A DNA stretch of 64,000 bases, from positions 62,001-126,000 of the forward strand of contig JAQGDQ010000571.1 of NCBI GenBank assembly GCA_030141605.1. Reading direction: 5' to 3'. This DNA comes from Tubiluchus corallicola (taxonomy: Eukaryota; Animalia; Priapulida). The position numbers and the translations under genes are program-made. Below are positions 53,809 through 64,000 of this stretch, in pieces (the stretch's first letter is position 1; every line of letters begins with the position of its first letter). The notes under the pieces were generated by a model. That model was not told where the DNA came from. It worked only from the letters and a program-made list of their open reading frames with translations, and ran no database searches.

Positions 53809-53990
53809 CTGGGCCTTGAAAGGGTTGCCCATTTTCGTTCCATGTCTTTCAAGTAGGCGAGGGCAGCGTCTGCACTTGTAAACGTCTTCCCGCCCAAAGC
53901 GCCCTGTGCTGCACTGGGCCTAACCAATACTGCCGCTATCACCAACGTGCAGAGTGTCATCATGAGAATTTTTGCTTCTAATTTTGCCAT
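53809..53990 (-). CDS. NPF: NPY/NPF-like precursor, first coding exon (signal peptide + most of the mature peptide)
   Basis: MAKLEAKILMMTLCTLVIAAVLVRPSAA|QGALGGKTFTSADAALAYLKDMERKWATLSRP-R; phase-2 donor AG|gtaagt inside the penultimate Arg codon, the hallmark NPY/NPF intron; acceptor ttttcag| at 54003 just upstream of the ATG implies a non-coding first exon. Confidence 0.9.
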
Positions 53991-54229
53991 TTTTCGATTT
54001 TTCTGAAAATAAACGTACGAAGTTTAGGCATTTCTTCATGGTGTTACGCATGCGCACAATACTATCAGGATGATTTTGAAGCACTAGGATAACATTATAT
54101 CAGACTTACTCTGCTATGCTGGACATATAGTTCAAATGTTAGAGTATGTAACATGTGATTACAGGGATCTGAGTTCAAATCTTGTTTTTTCAGACCTCTT
54201 CTTTTTGAGTTAACTAGCTTTTAGGTTAA

Positions 54230-55697
<1,468 letters not shown>

Positions 55698-56129
55698 TTA
55701 ATGTGAACACATTCTAATCCTGATTAGCCTAGAGGATGATTGTAATTCCCCCTACGCATGACTAATAAATACTTATATATAGGAAGCAATGTGAGTAAGT
55801 TTGCCATAATAACAGGTTTGAACGTATCAGCCATTTAATAATAAAATCAGCAAAGCTATTATTTCACACCGTCTAGAAACTGTAGAAAATAATTGGCCAA
55901 GGCAGTGTCTGCAGGCGGAAGACGCGTCTTAGCTTGAAAAGTCGAGCTTTTGTCAGAAACTATTTAGAAAGGATTTTTATTGTGAATCCTCAAAGAAAAA
56001 GCGGAAAAGACAACGAATAAGAAGAAAGAAAGATAATAAGAAGAAAGTGAACTGAGAGGCAGCAATGGCAGTGGCACAGTTATGATTTATGATTGTTTTT
56101 GCAATGTTGATGATTATGTTAATTATTAT

Positions 56130-56355
56130 ACAGCGGCCGGGTCATACCAAAGACTTTAAAAGTGACACCTGCTGTTGCCCTGCTTGGCACGTGGTATTTA
56201 GGGTAAAGTGGGGTAACAATAGTCTCTGTTATGTAGTTGTAGTTGGTTATTTACAGTCGGCGATAATAGCTCTTTGAGCTAATGTTAATTGTTCACCCAA
56301 AAGCCAACTTTAAATAAAGATTATTATAATTATTACTATTATTATTAATGTTACA

Positions 56356-56447
<92 letters not shown>
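56130..56447 (+). mobile_element. 5'-truncated MetaSINE-like element with an (ATT)n tail
   Basis: ccgggtcataccaaagactttaaaagtgacacctgctgttgccctgcttggcac resembles the Meta-domain core as recalled; ends AATAAA + (att)n. Confidence 0.65.
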
Positions 56448-58028
56448 GTTAACTAATTGCATTCATTGACAGTCAATTAGTGCATTTGTTTATTGTTATT
56501 TTAAATGTCTTGGATTTTGCAATTTGTACGGTTTGTATTAAATAAAATGTTACGTACATAAAAACACCTATACCAATATGGAATTAGACAAAACTTTGCC
56601 AGTCGGTAAGCCGTGAATATTTCAGGAATATAATAATTATGACGAGGAAAATTTTATTGAAATTGTCATCGTGGAAAACACTGTGCTCAATTTGCAGAGT
56701 TTTATCCTGCGCGTTTACGAGGGATATAAACTCAAGGCGTAAATTATCAACCGTTCTTTGTGGCGGTGAAAAATTTTAATTAACGCAAACGGCATACCTG
56801 TTTTGATGGCTTTTTCGTAAGATGGGCTTCATTTAACAAACGGGCTTCCGGGATTTGAACAATGCCTCGAGAGGCAGAACGGAAACAATTGCTCAAGTTT
56901 GTTATGGTCGCGTTAAGTTATGTACCTGCTTAAAAACTACTTTTTAAGTAATTAAGTAACTTTTTTGAAATCCCAGACGTGTTCAGATACGCCGTGAAAC
57001 TTCTGCTTCTTTGTTCAAGCAAAGAAGCCAAATTTATTGTCTGAATGTAAGGAGATGCGACAGTTTAGTGGATACATGACGTTAATCATCGCAAACAATT
57101 GCTTTATGAGACAGCTTTGATTCGATACAAGCTTATTAGATAAAATAATCGTTTTCAGGTAGATATTAATGCTAAACTCTAGTAATAAATTACTACTCAA
57201 ATAAACTTTCGTGCTCTCAAATAACTAAACATTTCATCACGCTATTGCCACAAAGACCCCTAAAAATGAAATGAGCAGATATTAGTGTTAATTTTTTTTA
57301 TAATTTATTTATCTTTGTTTATTTCAGCGTTCATGGACGTTACCATAAACGGTTCATGTCTTAAACCATAAAATACAGTTGAGCATTAAGTACAATTGCT
57401 TACTAACAAACTTAGTTATAAAGACATAAACTTACTATTTACAAAAAGTAAAAAGAGAGAGAAGTTATAATACTTTAATCAGTACATTAGTTTGATTGTA
57501 TTGACTTCATGGGCGCGTTAATTTCATTTCATTCATTTACTCGCTATTTTATTATTTTTTAATTTTAAATTATATGCAAACTCTATGGAAAAAAGGTATA
57601 AAAGTATTAAATTTTTCATGATTGATGCAAAATGTGGCGCAAAAACGAACGATGGAGTTTCCCAATAAGAAACGGTTAAGATTAGGTATATTTTTTGTGC
57701 CCACACTGTATATGGAAAATTCTTTTAACAAAACTGCTAATTATAAGAGTCATTCTGTTAACTTTTTTCTCGAAGCGGCCGAAGTTGTGCTTAACAGGGA
57801 GACAATGAGGAATTCCATACGTAAGAAGCCCGAAGAAAAAAATGGGTTTATAACCCAACAATCTCGATCCTGGAGTGTTCTGCGAACCTATGTGGCAAAG
57901 CATCTGATCTGAAAACTAGCAAGGTTTCAGCGTATGTAAAATCTTTATCTAAATTTCAGTACCTTAATTTAGTTGCAAATTCGCGGCAGAGTAAAAACCA
58001 GCTAAAGGAATCCAGACTTTAAAAAAGT

Positions 58029-58646
58029 TCAAAGACAAAGCGTCATAGACATAGCATCATAGACATAGCGCCACAGACATAGCGTCATAGATATAGCGTC
58101 ATAGACATAGCGTCAAAGAAATTGCGTCATAGACATAGCGTCATCGACATAGCGTCATAGACATAGCGTCAAAGACATAGCGTCATAGACATAGCGTCAT
58201 AGATATAGCATCAAAAACACAGCGTCATAGACATAGCGTCAAAGACATAGCATCAAAGACACAGCGTCATAGACATAGCGTCAAAGACACAGCGTCATAC
58301 ACATAGCGTCATAGACATAGCGTCATAGATATAGCGTCAAAAACACAGCGTCATAGACATAGCGTCATAGACATAGCGTCATAGACATAGCGTCAAAGAC
58401 ACAGCGTCATAGACATAGCGTCAAAAACACAGCGTCATAGACATAGTGTCATAGATATAGCGTCAAAGACATAGCGTCATAGACATAGCGTCATAGACAT
58501 GGCGTCAAAGACACAGCGTCATAGACATAGCGTCAAAGACACAGCGTCATAGACATAGCGTCATAGATATAGCGTCAAAGACACAGCGTCATAGACATAG
58601 CGTCATAGACATAGCATCATAGACATAGCGTCATAGACATAGCGTC
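58029..58646. repeat. Minisatellite, ~44 copies of 14-bp atagcgtca(t/a)agac
   Basis: Directly visible. Confidence 0.97.
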
Positions 58647-58852
58647 TGCTTTCTGATATGAGAATAATGTAATTTTGATATCACGTATCAAAATTTTCTG
58701 CCCTTTTCAATTGGCTTTGGGCTATGTACTTTAGTCTGACATCCAGTTCAATTTGATTTCAATCCTAATCTTAACTTTTGCATTTGAAATAGCTGATCTT
58801 TTGTGGTTATTACCCAGAGTATAGTACATACTAAATTTGCTCAAAATCTTAA

Positions 58853-59534
58853 AGGCCAAGGAAAGGTGTACCTGTGTAAGTTTTAGAAAAATCGCCTTAA
58901 AAGGTCATATTACTCTACAGCAATTTTATGCGTATATCGTACTACCGTTGAAAAGATTTTTTGTTTGTTTTCAGTTTAAATTTCCCGCGACGCTGTTTCG
59001 ACCGCGCCTTTACATGACGTCATATATGCACGACGTAAATCAGGACAAAAAAGAAAATGTTAAACAATGTCCCAAAAAACTTTCCATGCAAATTTACTCA
59101 GCATTTCGCTTATCTGCTTGAAAGACTTTTGTTACTAGAAAAGAAAATTATTAATTATTTAAAATGTTTTCACTAATTGGTAAAATGTTGTTGACTCACC
59201 CTCCAGGGTGCACCACCACTAACCAAAAATCTATTTTTAATTTTATTGACAAGATACAGTAATTTAAAATTTTACTTAGTTAGTGACGTGTGCGCTACGA
59301 ATGCTCTAATTATTTTTTCAAAGTTTACACAATGTTATCTAAGCTTGTTTCAAATGACTTATCGTCAAAATGGCTGCGTGTAACGGTCATCGCGGGAGTT
59401 TAAATTTTCATGATTTATACAGCGCTACTGCCGATGCAAGTCCTGTATGCAAAAAGACAGTGTGTAAACGGTCTAAAATTACAAGTGGAAAGTTTCTAAG
59501 CTTTATGTATATAAGTGCAGGGTTTTCCTGCTCT
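58853..59534 (+). mobile_element. Family K3 element, apparently complete
   Basis: TTAA|AGGCCAAGGAAA...TTTTCCTGCTCT|TTAA. Confidence 0.75.
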
Positions 59535-60251
59535 TTAAGGTGCTGCAAATGAAAGTTCAGTTGACGAGCGTTGTCCCTTCGTAGAACAAAATAACCTTCT
59601 GGTCTTTAAGTGACAATAACACAAGATAGACATTCATTGATAGAGAAAACATATTTACTTATGAATCCAGGCAAAACAATGGAGAATTGTCTAATATATA
59701 GCGGTGCCATAAGGTGTAAAGTTTGGGCGTCTAAAATGGATTTTCCGGGGGAGGTCGCCACTGCTGAGCATGCGCATTAGTTCCCGAATGAACAGGTAGT
59801 GGATGTATCACTTCAAAGTCAGTGATGTAGTGTGAATAGTGTAATTTTCGTATTTTTAAAATTCTGTTTTGACTAAAAATACTTTAATATCCCTGCAAAC
59901 TAATGGAGGAATGCTAATAAAAATGTCGTTTTTTTGGTGTCAAAGGTGACGAATTTGCTTTGTTATTAAGGAACGGAAGCAATTCGGTCAAAAAGACTGT
60001 TTATTAGTTTTAGCATAAAAACGAGGACTACATTTTTTCTTGAAAAAGAATTATCATTTTTTTACAAAATGATGGTCATTTGAAGACAAGAATTAGGACG
60101 ACACGCCGAATGGCTTTTTTGACAAAAGTTTGACTTGACTTTTTGTAAGTCGCTCGGTAGGTCAAACGGTTACACATTCACCTGCATATGAAATTCAAAA
60201 TCGGTTTTTGCTGTACTTGACAATTCTGCTATTGATACACTTCTTGCTTAA

Positions 60252-60790
60252 AGCAAAACCTGATCCAATCTTAAACTGTAGGTCAAAACAATCTACTCTT
60301 TAAAATATTGAAAGGAAACATAGTATTTTTTCAAAAATGACTTATGTGAAAGAATTATTACCACATAAACACAATCTGCATTTCGGAAACGCATTGCGCA
60401 AAAACAGGTGTTGTACCTCTCAGTTCACATGTGTTAGTTTGTGATGAACTACACACGTTCGACAGCTCTTGCATTAATACAGCGGCAAATTTGAATTTTT
60501 ATCTCAAAACTTGCCTAGTTTTAGTACAACACACTGAATATCTTATGGTACCACTGTACTTCAATTTTCGCTTTTGCAAACACGTGCAACACGATCGTTG
60601 AATATTTTTGATTTTGAAAATTACGTTAGTTTGTGATGTCATCAATAGTTGGGCTCGCCCGCCGTTGATTAAGTTTTTAATCTATTATTTAATTATCAGA
60701 AACGCTTTTGCAGTAATAATTGTGTTAAAATGTATAGTTTTTATCGGACTTGAAAAAGGAGTGGTATATGAAAAATCAGCCTGTCTTCCT
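60252..60790 (-). mobile_element. Family K1 element with both ends
   Basis: TTAA|AGCAAAACCTG...CCTGTCTTCCT|TTAA. Confidence 0.8.
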
Positions 60791-61803
60791 TTAATGGTAA
60801 CTGTCTTTATCTCAACTTTTGTGTTAATATAAACGGCGTAAATGATTTTAAAATGTTATGGGTTTCAGTTTTATTATTACTCTACGTTACTGAACTGTTC
60901 TTCAATATCCAATTAACCTATGACTATTCTGGCAGATTTGCTTATTGCAGTAATGTGATCACTTTATATCCACCTTCGTTTAATATTTAAGTCGTCAAAA
61001 TTATTGTGTCAGTAATAATGCATTTCCGAAAATTAACGACTCAGACGTGTCTCAAAATTACTTAAACTGCGTAGATGCTTAGTTTATAGTTTAAAATAGC
61101 AGAATTTACGGGATGCGAAATTAGTTTTATTTCCATAAAATCACGTTAAGGGCTTGCTAAAAGTTGAAACTGCTCATACGTGGGAGAGATAGGTAACGAA
61201 AAAAAGCGTGCGGCTTTTCCAATTCTAACAATGCGCATTTTCAACTAGATCGCCTTACCAATTCTTTGAAAACGCGTATCATTCAAAAAATTATCTCGCA
61301 AATTGATTGAAATTAAGCCTTGCAAAACTCCTGGGATAGAAAGTACTGGACAAATTAAAGAACAAAAGACAAATTCAAAAATATTTGATTCCTAACTGCA
61401 TCGCTAATTTATCACTTGTGACGTGCCATCAAAGTGGCTTAGTAAAAATACTGAAAATAAATCTGAAGTCAGAAAGCGATCAATCTAGAAGGACGTTGAT
61501 CAGATATTAATGATATATTTGTGAATGTCTGCTGCTTGAGAGAGACATTTGCAGCAAATTTTTTCACTAACGTAGATGTTGTGTTTTGTTTCTCTTGGAA
61601 GGCTCGTAGAGAAAACCAGAAAACACGCCGTCAAATAAAACTACTTTATTTTAGCGAGAATTCTAGAACACAAAGATGAAGGAACTTTGAAATGATTACA
61701 ATAAACGTGAAAATCTGGAAAACGTTTATGTATAAAAGCGCAAGTATAAGTCCGTGTTAGATCTGCGTACGATGTGCGATCCCGTGTCGGCAGCCTGCTT
61801 CGC

Positions 61804-61919
61804 CTTATATAGCGCGCTGGAGAAACTTCTCGAAAAAATGTTCTCGAACAATCCAGACGCTAAGGCGGTCATCCCGAAGGAACATTCTACGATGTTCCAT
61901 GGACTTCTATTTGACGTCA
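61804..61919 (-). promoter_or_regulatory. Heat-shock-type Pol II promoter: TATA + three HSE clusters + CRE
   Basis: Minus-strand TATATAAG at 61804-61811; perfect aGAAa-cTTCt-cGAAa at 61821-61835; gTTCt-cGAAc at 61840-61849; gGAAc-aTTCt-aCGAt-gTTCc at 61879-61898; palindromic TGACGTCA at 61912-61919; locally GC/CpG-rich. Confidence 0.8.
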
Positions 61920-62464
61920 GCGATCTGCACAACAGTAGAGCTAGTTCAGGCCCGAACTACGGTGAGTTCCAGCCCTAAGCAATAAGCACACTCAACTCCT
62001 GGTGTCCCAGCTCCCCTTTTGCTCTGCGTCACGGCGTACACCTCTGGCGACTCAAGTATACATGTTATGCGACATTGTATATAAAACAATCTATTTTAAT
62101 GACTTCAAAGTGGAATTCTATAATGACGGCAAATGTATTAATGAATTAGTTTCTCTCAACAAACTTTGTTTACTTTAAGAATGTGTTGTTTTCTCTAACA
62201 GTAACAATGTTAAGCTTACAGAATATTAGTGAACTATTAGAAGGACTATAAAGTTATTAGTTTCACATTCTTAAGAGCAATTATTAAATTAATATTAAAG
62301 AAGAATAAATCTTAAGCTTAAGCTTTGCCACCTGTCCACATTTGAGATACCAATGTTACATTTGACATGTGTTTATATTTCATTTTCCAAAACGCTTAAG
62401 ATCTCTTGAAAACCATTGTTAACAATTTAAACTACCTAAGTCTACATTTGAGTTAACGTAGGTT

Positions 62465-62495
<31 letters not shown>

Positions 62496-62506
62496 CTCTC
62501 TTTCTC

Positions 62507-62583
<77 letters not shown>
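62465..62583. repeat. (CT)n microsatellite
   Basis: Directly visible. Confidence 0.95.
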
Positions 62584-62586
<3 letters not shown>

Positions 62587-62697
62587 ATGCAAAACATATA
62601 GTTAAATAAATCTGCTACAAAAATATAATGCCTGCCATTAAGCAAAAATTAGTCATTTACAGCACCAGAGGTCACCGGAGTTATTGGAATGACTTAA

Positions 62698-63045
62698 AGG
62701 AAAACAGGATGATTTTCCATATATTACCCCATTTTCAAGTCCAATAAAAATATACATTTTAACACAACTAGTACTGTAAAGGTGTTTCTGATAATTAAAT
62801 AATAGATTAAAAACCTAATTAACGTCGGGCGAACCCAACTATTGATGACATCACAAATTAACATAATTTTAAACAGCAAAAATATTCCATGAGCGTGTTG
62901 CACGTGTTGGTGAAAGCGAAAATTGATGTTCAGTGCTACTGTAAGATATCCAGTGCGTTGTACTAAAACTAGGGAAGTTTTAAGATAACAATTCAAATTT
63001 CAAATTTACTCTGTGCTAACGCATAAGCTGTCGAACGTGTGCAGT
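62698..63045 (+). mobile_element. Family K1 element, truncated at the pentamer array
   Basis: TTAA|AGGAAAACAGG start; homologous to 5959-6290. Confidence 0.72.
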
Positions 63046-63047
63046 TC

Positions 63048-63470
63048 TCTAGTCTAGTCGAGCCGAGTCGAGTAGGATCGGATCGGATCGGATCGGATCG
63101 GATCGAATCGAATCGAATCGAATCGAATCGAACCGAACCGAACCGAACCGAATCGAATCGAATCGAACCGAACCGAACCGAACCGAACCGAACCTAACCT
63201 AACCTAACCTAACCTAACCTAACCTAACCTAACCTAACCTAACCTAACCTAACCTAACCTAACCTAACCTAACCTAACCTAACCTAACCTAACCTAACCT
63301 AATCTAATCTAATCTAATCTAATCTAATCTAATCTAATCTAATCTAATCTAATCTAATCTAATCTAATCTAATCTAATCTAATCTAATCTAATCTAATCT
63401 AATCTAATCTAATCTAATCTAATCTAATCTAATCTAATCCAATCCAATCCAATCCAATCCAATCTAATCT
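63048..63470. repeat. Compound pentanucleotide array with stepwise-changing motif
   Basis: GATCG x6, AATCG x5, AACCG x4, AATCG x3, AACCG x5, AACCT x22, AATCT x27, AATCC x5, AATCT x2. Confidence 0.97.
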
Positions 63471-64000
63471 TGTTTTACATGAATATGAACGCACGCACAT
63501 TTTCCGAGGAGAACATTTTTTTTAAATTTGAGCGCATAAAACGTGGCGCGCTTCGAACTTGGCTGCCTTGCATATCACACACGCATCTTTATCGCCCTCT
63601 TCCGGTTTTAATTGCCTGTATGACACAAATCAAGTGACTTTCCTTCTACACATTCGGCTGTACTAAACAATCAAGCATTTACAACACCAACATAAAGAAA
63701 GCTAATCCCTGTTAAGCCCGTCATAAATTGCTCTTTGTCGAGGCTTAAGTGTACAGGGATGGTGAAAATATATGGCTGCAACGTAAACCGTTAAAAGATA
63801 GGAAAGATCTAAACATGATAATTACAATTAAAACTGTTGTGAAAACTGTTTTATATACGATGTAATAAACTTCGTGAATTCGTCTGCTATAGTGAATTTA
63901 ATAGCTGTGACGAGTTTTTCTCTGGTCGATTTAATTTACTGTTAGTTTCTGTTCACAGTTTCAAATAGCAACTGCAAAATTCAAACCTTCTAAATGTCCA

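Noticed and set aside
54120-54185. tRNA gene
   Set aside because: Only degenerate A/B-box-like motifs (tagttcaaatgttagag, gagttcaaatc) and no cloverleaf; probably an old SINE head.
61655-61738. Plus-strand promoter (TTCtaGAA at ~61661 + TATAAAAG at 61731)
   Set aside because: Weaker HSE and no plus-strand gene or exon found downstream; the minus-strand TATA has much better HSE geometry. Not fully excluded.
61754-61978. 74-aa ORF over the GC-rich island
   Set aside because: GTG start, no recognisable domain, and it coincides with promoter motifs.

Overview
AT-rich, intron- and repeat-rich animal genomic DNA, probably from an invertebrate; the taxon cannot be fixed from the sequence. It is not prokaryotic. 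Four spliced genes were reconstructed by hand from GT-AG exons. (1) The last seven exons of POMGNT1 (+, 1695-13467). (2) A predicted secreted mosaic protein with signal peptide, VWC, LDLa, Thr-rich stalk and TSP1 (+, 20158-28765). (3) A two-exon, 69-aa, 22-Cys metallothionein with an MRE/ARE/TATA promoter (+, 37076-38491). (4) A divergent NPY/NPF-family neuropeptide precursor ending in RPRY-GKR (-, 53990-42492). Upstream of the neuropeptide gene, on the same strand, is a strong heat-shock-type promoter (three HSE clusters, TATA, CRE; 61804-61919) with no HSP ORF behind it. Mobile DNA includes four copies of a SINE with a 5S rRNA head and an RTE-derived body, a young 5'-truncated RTE LINE with a 12-bp TSD, and a LINE inserted in a (TC)n tract of a foldback. 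There are also CR1/RTE-X-like 3' remnants, a MetaSINE-like fragment, several TTAA-flanked (Kolobok-like) non-autonomous families, MITEs and many micro/minisatellites. Most ORFs in the supplied track are repeat artefacts. Family assignments rest on recalled motifs, not on database searches.
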